Source: Anaerohalosphaeraceae bacterium (GTDB lineage Bacteria > Planctomycetota > Phycisphaerae > Sedimentisphaerales > Anaerohalosphaeraceae). From it: 64,000 nt of DNA. Position 1 is the stretch's first letter. Every line of letters starts with the position of its first letter. Below, piece by piece: positions 28,394 through 37,511 of the stretch. Location: NCBI GenBank assembly GCA_050309605.1, contig JBNRMN010000033.1, positions 32,001 through 96,000 on the forward strand, given 5' to 3'. The position numbers and the translations under genes are program-made. The notes under the pieces are model-generated. The model did not search any database and was not told where the DNA came from. It saw only the letters and a list, made by a program, of their open reading frames with translations.

Positions 28394-28562
28394 CTCAAAT
28401 TGACCGATGGCCAGTTTGAGAGATCAAAAATCAAAGATTAAAGAGCAAAATTGAGGATTCGCCCTTTCGGGCAAGCTTTTTTACGGCCTTTTTGTGGTCA
28501 CTGTAACATCTTTTATAGAATGTACTTATGTCAAAACAGATCCGCTTTTCGGTCAGCTTGAG
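28394..28562. repeat. ~170-bp dispersed intergenic element, copy 2
   Basis: Colinear with 14556-14731 and exactly one 7-nt unit shorter. Ends ACTCAAATTGACCGA and TCGGTCAGCTTGAGT are inverted. Confidence 0.85.
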
Positions 28563-28565
28563 TTG

Positions 28566-29318
28566 TTATTGGTTTTTTGGGGTCAGTCGTTTTTGGCGCT
28601 GGTCGAGAAGGTGGTTCAGGTGCGTGATGCGCTGCCGGGCTTCGGGGTGGGTGGCGAAGTATTTCAGCGTGCCGTTGGGGCGTTCCAGGGCGGCCAGTTT
28701 TTCAAAGACGCCAATGGCGGCCTGTCCGCTGAAGCCCGCGGCCATGGCCAAACGCAAACCGAGGGCGTCGGCGGCGCGTTCCTGCTCTCGAGAGTAAGCT
28801 TTGTTGAGAAACTCGATGCCCAGTGTCCGCATTGTGCCGGTCGCGGCGGCATACTTGACCGCACCGACGCGCCCGACGGCGCGAAGGACGGCGCCGCCGA
28901 TCATCCGCTGCATTGCGTGACCTTCAAGGATGTGGGCGATCTCGTGGCTCAGCACAAAGGCCAGCGCATCGGCGCTGCGGTCGCACAGGTCAATCATCGA
29001 CCGACTGACGAAGACAAACCCGCCCGGCAGACAAAACGCCTCCGGCTCATCACCGGCCAGACAGATAAACTCAAACGTCCGCCGTTTGTCCCGCACGCGC
29101 TCGGTCAGGGCGGCGCCGGTGGAGTTGAGCAGTTCGACGATCTCGGTATCGGCGCACAAACGCCGCTGCTGCCGCACCACCTGCGCCAAATCGGCGCCGG
29201 CGGCCTGCTCAGCGGCGATGGATTCCGCTTCCGGTGCGGTGGCGGCCGAGAAGACCCATTTGGCCCGGCGCAGCTTGGGGCCGACTGTTTTGCCGAGTTG
29301 ATAAAAGAAACCTGCCAT
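28566..29318 (-). CDS. M48-family zinc metalloprotease
   Basis: AFCLPGG, LSHEIAH, YSREQERAAD, ATHP. Confidence 0.88.
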   Translation of the reverse strand: MAGFFYQLGKTVGPKLRRAKWVFSAATAPEAESIAAEQAAGADLAQVVRQQRRLCADTEIVELLNSTGAALTERVRDKRRTFEFICLAGDEPEAFCLPGGFVFVSRSMIDLCDRSADALAFVLSHEIAHILEGHAMQRMIGGAVLRAVGRVGAVKYAAATGTMRTLGIEFLNKAYSREQERAADALGLRLAMAAGFSGQAAIGVFEKLAALERPNGTLKYFATHPEARQRITHLNHLLDQRQKRLTPKNQ

Positions 29319-29374
29319 TGTTTGCTTGTTTTCACCGATTGCCGAATCGAAACATTACCATTCGAAGCCGGTGT

Positions 29375-30130
29375 TTACTCCGACGGTGGTCTTCGATGGC
29401 TCAGCAGCCAATCGTAGATGTCGGGATTGTTATAGGTCTCGGTCCAGGCGTCATGGCCGGCGTCGGGATAAACGGTCAGCTTGACGCGTGAGTTTCCGGC
29501 CTGCCTCAGGGCGTTGACCATCTCTTCGGATTTACGCAGCGGAACAATCGGATCTTTGGCGCCGTGAAAGGCCCAGACGGGCATCGACCCCAGCCGGAAT
29601 CGCGCCAGCACATCGTCGCCCCCGCCGCAGATAGGCACGGCCGCGGCAAACTTGTCGGGGTACTGCGTAATCAGGCTCCACGTGCCGTAGCCGCCCATGC
29701 TCAGGCCGGTGACATACACCCGCGCCGTATCGACCCGATGGGTTTGAATCAGATGATCGACCAGCGCTGCCAGGTCGTCTGTATGGGTTGTCCACCAACT
29801 GTCCTGCGGGCACTGCGGCGCAACCAGAATGAACGGAAACGGCTTGCCCTCGACAATCCGCTTTGGCGGGCCGTGGAGTTTGAGTTTTTCCAGGTCGCTG
29901 CCGCGTTCGCCGGCGCCGTGCAAAAACAGCACCAGCGGCCAGGTTTGCTCGCGGTCGTGATACGCCGCGGGACGATAGAGCAGATAATCCAGGTTCACCT
30001 CGCGGCACAGCGTGGTCTCATAAGTACGGGGTAGAAGTTCGGCCGGTTCATTGGTCTGCATGGCGGCACATCCTGTCAATCCAATCATGATTCCTGCAAT
30101 CGTTCGGGTACAAATTTGCTGCATTTTCAT
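29375..30130 (-). CDS. Alpha/beta-hydrolase (predicted peptidase/phospholipase-carboxylesterase), likely lipoprotein
   Basis: LFLHGAGERG, GLSMGG nucleophile elbow, FHGAKD, AGHDAW; LTGC lipobox-like. The ORF-track 5' extension overlaps the nitroreductase. Confidence 0.85.
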   Translation of the reverse strand: MKMQQICTRTIAGIMIGLTGCAAMQTNEPAELLPRTYETTLCREVNLDYLLYRPAAYHDREQTWPLVLFLHGAGERGSDLEKLKLHGPPKRIVEGKPFPFILVAPQCPQDSWWTTHTDDLAALVDHLIQTHRVDTARVYVTGLSMGGYGTWSLITQYPDKFAAAVPICGGGDDVLARFRLGSMPVWAFHGAKDPIVPLRKSEEMVNALRQAGNSRVKLTVYPDAGHDAWTETYNNPDIYDWLLSHRRPPSE

Positions 30131-30714
30131 TCTCCTTTCGCCGTATCGTTTCCCCATTGATCGCAGCAGATGCGGTCGTCTTTGAGTTGGCTGCGCGGTA
30201 TGGGTTCGGGCTGCCGGGCCGGATAGCCGACGGCGATGATCGATTCGACGTGCAGGTGCGACGGCAGTTGGAGTACGGTGCGGATGTAGTCTTCGGCAGG
30301 CGTGCCGTCGGGGCGCTGCCGCCGGCGGATTTGAATCCAGCAGCTTCCCAGACCAAGAGACTGAGCGGCAAGCTGTGTCAGAATAGACGCAATAGAGCAA
30401 TCTTCAATCCAGACATCCGAGACCGATTCATCGCCGCAGATGACCACGCCCAGCGCGGCGTCTTTCAAGAACGCCGCACCGTGCGGCTTGGCCTCGGACA
30501 ACGCCTTGAGCAATGCCTTGTCCTGCACGAACACAAACGCCCACGGGTCCAGATTTCGAGAGGACGGACTGCGCAGTACGGCTTCTTTCAACAAGTCCAC
30601 CTTGTCCGGCTCAATCGGCCGCGGCTCGAATTGCCGCACACTGCGGCGCTGCCGAAGCAGTTCCATAAACGCCTTGGGTTCACTGAAAAGGATCTTTTTC
30701 CTATCTTCGGACAC
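30127..30714 (-). CDS. Nitroreductase family protein
   Basis: RRSVRQF, SPSSRN..PWAF, LGLGSCW. The true start may be ATG 30666. Confidence 0.9.
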   Translation of the reverse strand: MSEDRKKILFSEPKAFMELLRQRRSVRQFEPRPIEPDKVDLLKEAVLRSPSSRNLDPWAFVFVQDKALLKALSEAKPHGAAFLKDAALGVVICGDESVSDVWIEDCSIASILTQLAAQSLGLGSCWIQIRRRQRPDGTPAEDYIRTVLQLPSHLHVESIIAVGYPARQPEPIPRSQLKDDRICCDQWGNDTAKGE

Positions 30715-30717
30715 GGG

Positions 30718-31692
30718 TCAGCCTCCCAGATAGTCCTCTTTCATCAGGTAGTTTTGGACATAATCGGCCACGGCCTCTTCCAGCGTCATCGTCGGGGCGG
30801 TATAGCCGACCGCGCGGAGCTTTCGCATATCGGCCTGCGTAAAGTACTGATAGGTGTCGCGCAGCGATTCGGGCATATCGATGTAATCGATGGCCGGTTC
30901 TTTGCCCATTGCGGCAAAGACCGCACCGGCCAGGTCATTCCACGACCGCGCAGCGCCGGTGCCGATATTATACAGTCCGCCCAGTTCGGGATGATCGAGG
31001 AAAAACAGCGTCATCTCCACGGCGTCTTTGACGTAGATAAAATCGCGCACCTGCTGGCCGTGTTCGTAATCGGGTCGATGCGATTTGAACAGGCGCACTC
31101 GTCCGTCGGCGTTGATCTGTTCGTATGCCTTCAGGACAAAACTTCGCATGGCGCCTTTGTGGTACTCGTTCGGGCCGAAGACATTGAAGTATTTCAGCCC
31201 GGCAAACCGCTCCAGCAGTCCCTTGCGCAGGCACCACAAATCAAACATCTGCTTGCTGTAGCCGTACATATTCAGCGGCAAAAGGGTATGGATTTGCGAT
31301 TCGTCGTCGGCAAATCCCTGCGCCCCGTCGCCGTAGGTCGCGGCGCTGGAGGCATAGACAAACCGCGCGCCCAATTCCAGCGCCCAGCCGGCCAGCAGTT
31401 TGGAAAACTCAAAATTGTTTTTCACCAGATAGGTGCAGTCCGTCTCGGTGGTGTCCGAGCATGCCCCCAGATGCACGATGGCCTCGATGTCCCAGTCGAG
31501 TGAGGCGTCGGCGACCATTTCCGAAAAATCGTCGGCCTCCATATAATCGGCGAACCGCAGGCGCCGCAGGTTTTTCCATCGCCGGTCGCTGCCGAGGATG
31601 TCCACGATAAAAATCTCATCGATGCCGCGCGCATTCAGGGCCGCCACAAGTGCCGAGCCGATAAAGCCCGCTCCGCCGGTTACCACAATCAT
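30718..31692 (-). CDS. hldD: ADP-L-glycero-D-manno-heptose 6-epimerase
   Basis: MIVVTGGAGFIGS, HLGACSDTT, YASSAATYG, YGYSK, YFNVFGPNEYHKG, RDFIYVKD. Confidence 0.95.
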   Translation of the reverse strand: MIVVTGGAGFIGSALVAALNARGIDEIFIVDILGSDRRWKNLRRLRFADYMEADDFSEMVADASLDWDIEAIVHLGACSDTTETDCTYLVKNNFEFSKLLAGWALELGARFVYASSAATYGDGAQGFADDESQIHTLLPLNMYGYSKQMFDLWCLRKGLLERFAGLKYFNVFGPNEYHKGAMRSFVLKAYEQINADGRVRLFKSHRPDYEHGQQVRDFIYVKDAVEMTLFFLDHPELGGLYNIGTGAARSWNDLAGAVFAAMGKEPAIDYIDMPESLRDTYQYFTQADMRKLRAVGYTAPTMTLEEAVADYVQNYLMKEDYLGG

Positions 31693-31996
31693 CTGTATTC
31701 TCCGGATTTATGGCTGTCTTGTTGTTTTAACGTGATTGGGTCTGTATTGGGTATCACTGGTGACAACGTAGCCGATAGGGCGGATTTTGTCAAAAATAAT
31801 TTATCGCCGCATCCGCATATAACGTCCCAAGTCGATTTTTATAGGACGTTTATTTGGGGCGGGTCGTCTGTGGGGAAATATATCGTATCTTTTCTTATAG
31901 CGACGGCCTCAAACGCCGATATGGAGTTTGCAGAGAAGGCAGAGGAGTATTGCGTTGATTAAAACAGCCAAGGAGGTATCCGAAACAGGGCTTTTT

Positions 31997-32983
31997 ATGA
32001 CGAACCAGGGCAAACGGTACGAACCGACCGAAAGTCGGATTCAAATCAGGCGACGAATCAATCGCCGGTGGCTTTTGGGGTTACTGGCACTGACGGCGGC
32101 CATGCAACTGATCACGGCGGGGCTGACGGGGCATTTTTTATCGGCGTGTGTCAATGTCTTTGTCATCTCGCTGCTGGCGGTGCTGCTTATCCGAGAGATG
32201 ACCCTTTTGAGCCGCGTTTGTGCGCAAGTCGAGCAGGCCTGCCGTACGCGCACGGATTTTCTGGCGAATATCAGCCATGAAATTCGCACACCGCTGAACG
32301 CCATTATCGGCTTTGGCGAACTGCTCTCGGAAACCGATCTCGATGATGAACAGGCCGATTATCTTGATACGGTTCTTTTTAACAGTCAGAATCTGCTGAT
32401 TATGGTCAACGACATTCTCGACTTTGCCAATCTCAAAAGAGGGAGTCTTCGCTCCCATTGCGTGCCGGCATCGATACCGGCGCTGCTTGAACGGATTGAA
32501 AAAACCTATTATCCGATGGCCGAGCGCAGAGGCCTTACCTTTTCAGTCCGCGCCGACCGGGATATTCCGTCGGTTGTCGTGATGGATACGATGCGGCTGA
32601 TGCAATGCCTGTCGAACCTGATCAATAATGCGCTGAAATTCACTTGTGAAGGGCACGTTTGCCTGCGGCTGCGAACGCTTGAAGAAGGGGATCGACCTTG
32701 GCTGCAATGTGACGTTGAAGATACCGGCATCGGCATTGCGCCGGACCAGCAAACACACATCTTTGAGGCCTTCACGCAGGGCGACGGCAGCGCGTCGCGC
32801 CGCTACGGCGGGATCGGATTGGGCCTGACGCTTGCACGGCGACTGGCAGATCTGCTCGGCGGTCGGCTCACGTTCAAAAGCACACCGGGCGGGGGATCCG
32901 TCTTTTCGCTGATTGTGCCGTATCAGATATATGAGGGCACATCGGCCGACTGTTTGGAGTCCACTCTTCAGCACGCCGTTTGA
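31997..32983 (+). CDS. Membrane sensor histidine kinase (no receiver domain)
   Basis: Two TMs, FLANISHEIRTPL, NLINNALKFT, DTGIG, GIGLGL, GSVF. Confidence 0.9.
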   Translation: MTNQGKRYEPTESRIQIRRRINRRWLLGLLALTAAMQLITAGLTGHFLSACVNVFVISLLAVLLIREMTLLSRVCAQVEQACRTRTDFLANISHEIRTPLNAIIGFGELLSETDLDDEQADYLDTVLFNSQNLLIMVNDILDFANLKRGSLRSHCVPASIPALLERIEKTYYPMAERRGLTFSVRADRDIPSVVVMDTMRLMQCLSNLINNALKFTCEGHVCLRLRTLEEGDRPWLQCDVEDTGIGIAPDQQTHIFEAFTQGDGSASRRYGGIGLGLTLARRLADLLGGRLTFKSTPGGGSVFSLIVPYQIYEGTSADCLESTLQHAV

Positions 32984-33021
32984 CGCGCCGAAGTGTGAAC
33001 CCCAAACAACGGCGTATTACG

Positions 33022-35430
33022 TTATCTCAGCGACACCTTATAGACGGTGATACTGAGGGGTTTGATGGACACGGTGTCGGTCAGGTCCGTCGGTTCCAGC
33101 GATTCAATCTGAATGATCGGTTCCTGCCCCGGGTCATTGTGTGCCATGGGATTATCATGCTGAACCACCCAGCCGGACGCTTTGCCGTTCAGCCTCAAGC
33201 CGCCCAAGTTCAGCGTGACATTGTAGGTGTCCCATGTGGCATTGACGAATCCGACGGTCAGCGTCTTGCCGTCCTCGCTCAGCGCCGCGGCGACATCCAG
33301 CTTTTCGTCCCAGCCGCTTACGGTCAGCGGCTGCGTGCCGAACTCGCGACGATACAGAACCAATGGATAGGCGGTGGCGTCGAACTCGGCGTCCGTTTTG
33401 GTGGTCTTGATACAGCCAATGACGTTGACCGTCTGGGCGTAAAACGCGCTGTGGAACAGATCGGATTGCCGGAAGTATTCGTGCAGGCCGGCGGCAATGC
33501 CCAGTGCATCTTTCATAAAGTACCGTGTGCCCAGCTCACCGAAGACGTGCGGGCCATACCAGTAGTTCCATTCGGTCATGGCAATCCGAATATCCTTGCC
33601 CTGCAGCATCGGCAGTTGTTCACGGTACCGACGGTGTGCATCGGCCTTTTCTTTGATACGGTTGGGCACCTGCCGCACATGTGCCGTCAAGTCCGGTCGC
33701 GTCTGGCAGTAAAAGTGCTCGGCGATATGGTCCATATGGTCATGGCAATGGCGAAGCATTCCCTCCGACCAGCCGCCGCCCAAGTCGCCGGAGGCAATGG
33801 TCACGATATCCGGATCCACTTTTCGCATCATCTCTTCGACCCAGTTGTGCTTGAGCACATAATGCTCCAGCCGCATATAGCCCAATTGCCAATTGCCCCA
33901 CATCTCGTTACCGACGCACCAGTATTTGACATTGAACGGCTGACGGTGTCCGTTATCGGCGCGTTGTTTGCCCATCGGCGTATTCGGTGCACCGTTGGCG
34001 TATTCCACCTGGGCGGCGGCCGAGTAGGCGTCGCCGAAACCGGTATTGACCGTAATCAGCGGCTCGGCGTCCAGCAGCCGGCACAGCTCGACAAATTCAT
34101 GCATCCCCACATCGTTGGTCTCGATGCCCGTCCAGGCCGGATTGGTGCGGGTGGGTCGTCGGTCGCGCTCGCCCAGTCCGTCGCGCCAATCGTAGCCGCT
34201 GACGAAATTGCCGCCGGGCCAGCGGTAAAGGGGGCTGTTCAGTTCTTTCATCAGGGCCAGCGTGTCGCGCCGGAACCCGTTGATGTTGTCAGCCGGCATC
34301 AGTGAGACGGCGCCGATGATGAAAGACCCGTTGCCGCTGCCGACGATTTCGAGCCGTGCATTATCGGAATCGGCGCCGGCGGTGTACGTCAGATTATAGG
34401 TTCTGAAATTGCGTCCGAAACGACGAATCGTAACGGTTTGGCGGTCTGCTTGGCCGTCGCCCCAAACCAGACTGACGCGAATCGGGCCTGCCGAGCTGTC
34501 GCCGCGCAGCACAATCCGTCCTACGTAGTCTTTGCCGGCCAGGACTCCCAGCTCGTCCTGATAGATGCCCGCCGGCTGTCCGGAAACGGTAATCCTCGGC
34601 TCATGGTCGCCGGATAACGGGTCCTCGGTGTTCATCTGTATTGCATCGGTCGATCCAATGACCTTCCAGGGCGAATCTCGCAGTACGCGAGCGCCGGCGC
34701 CGGTGCGTCCCCAGATTTGCCCTGAAGCGGGCACGGCATAATAAAACTTGCGGTCTTCGAGCATCTCGGCCCAGATGCCGCCGTAAATGCAGCGTCCCAA
34801 ATGTTCGATAAACTGTCCGTAAATCAGTTCGGAGATCGGTTCATGTTCAGGCGTCGGATCAAGGGTGATGGTCTTGGCGACGGTCCTGCTTTCGGGGCGG
34901 ATTTCTTCGAGCACTTCCAGCACAATGTCATCAAACCACGCCGTGCCGGCGGCCTGTCCCCATCCGCCGAACAGGCAGTTGATCTGGACGCTGTCCTGAC
35001 CGGCGACTTGAAACTCGGTTTCGAGTTTGATCCAGTCATTGGACCCGACCGTCAGGGCTGAGGTGACGGCCTCGTCAATGCCATGCACATTGAGCTGAAC
35101 GCCGCGACCGCTGGTGGTCCGCAGATTCTCAGTTTTGACCCAGCCGCTCAGGCGCAGCCGGGCAAACGGCGGGATACTCACGGTCTGCGACCAAGCGGCG
35201 TCGGCGCCGTTTTCCGAGCTGATTTTGACGCAGCGTCCGGTGCGTCCGCTGTCATCCACGGCAAACTCCGCCTGTCCGGTCCACGTGGTGTTCGTCCAGC
35301 CGAGCGGTCGGTCGTTGCGCGCCCGCTCAAACGACGGATTTCGCAACAGATTTTCACCCTGCACTATGGCCGTGCAGGTCAAAAGGGTGAAAATCAAAAT
35401 GCAGATGGCCGATGTTCGTCCTGTTCTCAT
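33022..35430 (-). CDS. Secreted GH51 alpha-L-arabinofuranosidase with N-terminal carbohydrate-binding domain
   Basis: NLLRNPSFE, IYGQFIEHLGRCIYGG, RWPGGNF, VGNE, TEWN, AQTVNV. Start MRTGR at 35430 after a GGAG RBS. Confidence 0.92.
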   Translation of the reverse strand: MRTGRTSAICILIFTLLTCTAIVQGENLLRNPSFERARNDRPLGWTNTTWTGQAEFAVDDSGRTGRCVKISSENGADAAWSQTVSIPPFARLRLSGWVKTENLRTTSGRGVQLNVHGIDEAVTSALTVGSNDWIKLETEFQVAGQDSVQINCLFGGWGQAAGTAWFDDIVLEVLEEIRPESRTVAKTITLDPTPEHEPISELIYGQFIEHLGRCIYGGIWAEMLEDRKFYYAVPASGQIWGRTGAGARVLRDSPWKVIGSTDAIQMNTEDPLSGDHEPRITVSGQPAGIYQDELGVLAGKDYVGRIVLRGDSSAGPIRVSLVWGDGQADRQTVTIRRFGRNFRTYNLTYTAGADSDNARLEIVGSGNGSFIIGAVSLMPADNINGFRRDTLALMKELNSPLYRWPGGNFVSGYDWRDGLGERDRRPTRTNPAWTGIETNDVGMHEFVELCRLLDAEPLITVNTGFGDAYSAAAQVEYANGAPNTPMGKQRADNGHRQPFNVKYWCVGNEMWGNWQLGYMRLEHYVLKHNWVEEMMRKVDPDIVTIASGDLGGGWSEGMLRHCHDHMDHIAEHFYCQTRPDLTAHVRQVPNRIKEKADAHRRYREQLPMLQGKDIRIAMTEWNYWYGPHVFGELGTRYFMKDALGIAAGLHEYFRQSDLFHSAFYAQTVNVIGCIKTTKTDAEFDATAYPLVLYRREFGTQPLTVSGWDEKLDVAAALSEDGKTLTVGFVNATWDTYNVTLNLGGLRLNGKASGWVVQHDNPMAHNDPGQEPIIQIESLEPTDLTDTVSIKPLSITVYKVSLR

Positions 35431-35672
35431 GGCTTTCTCCTGTTCAAAAGAGTTCTCATTTTCCTTTACAGAACGGAATATGGTAAACAATTTATCAAAT
35501 TGCCCCATGCTTGACAAGGGGAATATCTCAAAAAATCGATCTTTTACCGTGCGTGTCGAGATTTTGTATCTCGTATTTGTTCGGTCGGCCCGGTATAATC
35601 ATTGAAAGAACAATCTGCGGTTTTTCAGATGTAATATATCTCAATCGCTGAAACGTTCGGGAGGCCGAGAAA

Positions 35673-37499
35673 ATGCGACACGGTGCAATGTATTTGGGTA
35701 TGGGTCGATGTCGGTTTACGGTTTGGGCCCCGTTTGCCGAAGGGGTGCAGGTGCGTTTTGTCGATCAAAACGACCGCACGGAAGCCCTGCGGCCTGTCGA
35801 TTTGGGGTATTGGCAGGCTGAACTGGACGATGTGCCGCCGGGTGCACGCTATGTGTACCGTCTGGGGCAGGGCAAGGAACGCCCTGACCCGGCTTCTCAT
35901 GCCCAGCCCGACGGCGTTCACGGCCCCAGCCGGATCGTTGATCATGGGGCATTTGACTGGACGGATCGCTGGTTTGAGCCGACGGCTCTGCACGATTATA
36001 TCATTTATGAGCTGCATATCGGGACTTTCACGCCGGATGGGACTTTTGACGCGGCCATTGACAAGCTGGATTATTTGTGCGAGCTGGGCGTAACCGCGGT
36101 TGAAGTCATGCCGGTCGCTCAGTTTACGCAAGATCGCAACTGGGGTTATGACGGGGTGTATCCATACGCCGTGCAGCAGTCTTACGGCGGCCCCGACGGG
36201 TTCAAGCGGTTCATTGATGCGGCGCATCGACGGGGGTTGTCGGTTATTTTGGATGTGGTTTATAACCATCTGGGGCCTGAGGGCAACTACCTGCCGGATT
36301 TTGGTCCGTATTTTTCCGACCGGTACCAAACGCCGTGGGGAAAATCGCTGAATTTCGATTGTGAATACAGCGATGCGGTGCGCGACTATTTCATCGAAAA
36401 CGCGCTGTTCTGGTTTGAGGTGTACCATATTGACGCCCTGCGACTGGATGCACTGCATGCGATCTTTGATATGAGCGCGACGCATTTTATCGAGGCGCTC
36501 AAGCGGCGCACGCAGGCACTTGAAAAAAAACTCAACCGGCCGTTGTATCTCATCGGCGAAAGCGATCTGAATGACGTGCGGCTGATTCGTCCCCGCAAGG
36601 CCGGCGGCTACGAACTGGACGCCCAATGGTCGGATGACTTTCATCACAGTCTGCACGCTCTGGCCACCGGTGAATCGATGGGGTATTACAGTGATTTTGG
36701 TTCGATTGATCATCTGGCCAAAGCCTATCGTGAAGGATTTGTTTATTCCGGCCAGTACTCTGCGTTTCGCAAGCGGCATTACGGTAATTCCTCGCGGCAT
36801 CGTCCGGCGCATCAGTTTGTCGTCTGCATCCAGAACCACGATCAGGTGGGCAACCGGATGCGTGGTGAACGGCTCTCGGCGCTGACGGATTTTGAGACGC
36901 TGAAACTGGCCGCCGGTGCGGTGCTGTTGTCGCCGTATGTTCCGATGCTGTGGATGGGCGAGGAATACGGGGAAACGGCGCCGTTTCTGTACTTTATCAG
37001 CCACAACGACCCCAAGCTGGTCAGGGCGGTGCGCCACGGGCGAGGCGAGGAGTTCAGCGATTTTCACGATGACGGCGATTGTCCCGACCCGCAGGCCGAG
37101 CAGACTTTTCTTCGCTCGGGCCTGCAATGGGAATTGCTTGACCGGCAGCCGCACAAGGTTTTGCTTGCCTATTACCACTATCTGATTGCCTTGCGAAAAG
37201 AGAGGCCGAATTATGCCGATCGCTCGCAGATGACCGTTCATACCGTTGAGGCGATGTCGCTGCTGGTCTGGCAGCGGCCATTCGCGGATTGCTGCTGGTG
37301 CTGTGTGATGAATTTTGGACGAACGCCCGGCCGCTATTCACTGCCGGACGCCTCCTCACGCTGGAAGACGCGGCTTGATTCCGCCGACCCGCGCTGGCAC
37401 GGTCCCGGCGGCGTTATCCCGTCACACATCCCCGGTGGTGATTCGATTGAGTTGTCCGCTCGCAGCATCGTCCTGCTGCAAAGTACAGACTCTCATTAA
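35673..37499 (+). CDS. treZ: Malto-oligosyltrehalose trehalohydrolase
   Basis: FTVWAP, YELHIGTF, RNWGYDGV, DVVYNHLGPEGNY, LRLDA, QNHDQVGNR. Confidence 0.95.
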   Translation: MRHGAMYLGMGRCRFTVWAPFAEGVQVRFVDQNDRTEALRPVDLGYWQAELDDVPPGARYVYRLGQGKERPDPASHAQPDGVHGPSRIVDHGAFDWTDRWFEPTALHDYIIYELHIGTFTPDGTFDAAIDKLDYLCELGVTAVEVMPVAQFTQDRNWGYDGVYPYAVQQSYGGPDGFKRFIDAAHRRGLSVILDVVYNHLGPEGNYLPDFGPYFSDRYQTPWGKSLNFDCEYSDAVRDYFIENALFWFEVYHIDALRLDALHAIFDMSATHFIEALKRRTQALEKKLNRPLYLIGESDLNDVRLIRPRKAGGYELDAQWSDDFHHSLHALATGESMGYYSDFGSIDHLAKAYREGFVYSGQYSAFRKRHYGNSSRHRPAHQFVVCIQNHDQVGNRMRGERLSALTDFETLKLAAGAVLLSPYVPMLWMGEEYGETAPFLYFISHNDPKLVRAVRHGRGEEFSDFHDDGDCPDPQAEQTFLRSGLQWELLDRQPHKVLLAYYHYLIALRKERPNYADRSQMTVHTVEAMSLLVWQRPFADCCWCCVMNFGRTPGRYSLPDASSRWKTRLDSADPRWHGPGGVIPSHIPGGDSIELSARSIVLLQSTDSH

Positions 37500-37511
37500 C
37501 AGGAACCGTTT

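Noticed and set aside
32980..37241. Long antisense ORFs opposite GH51 and treZ (similar ones occur opposite GH127, treY, leuB and eno)
   Set aside because: These are typical high-GC shadow frames without motifs; the opposite strand has unambiguous genes.
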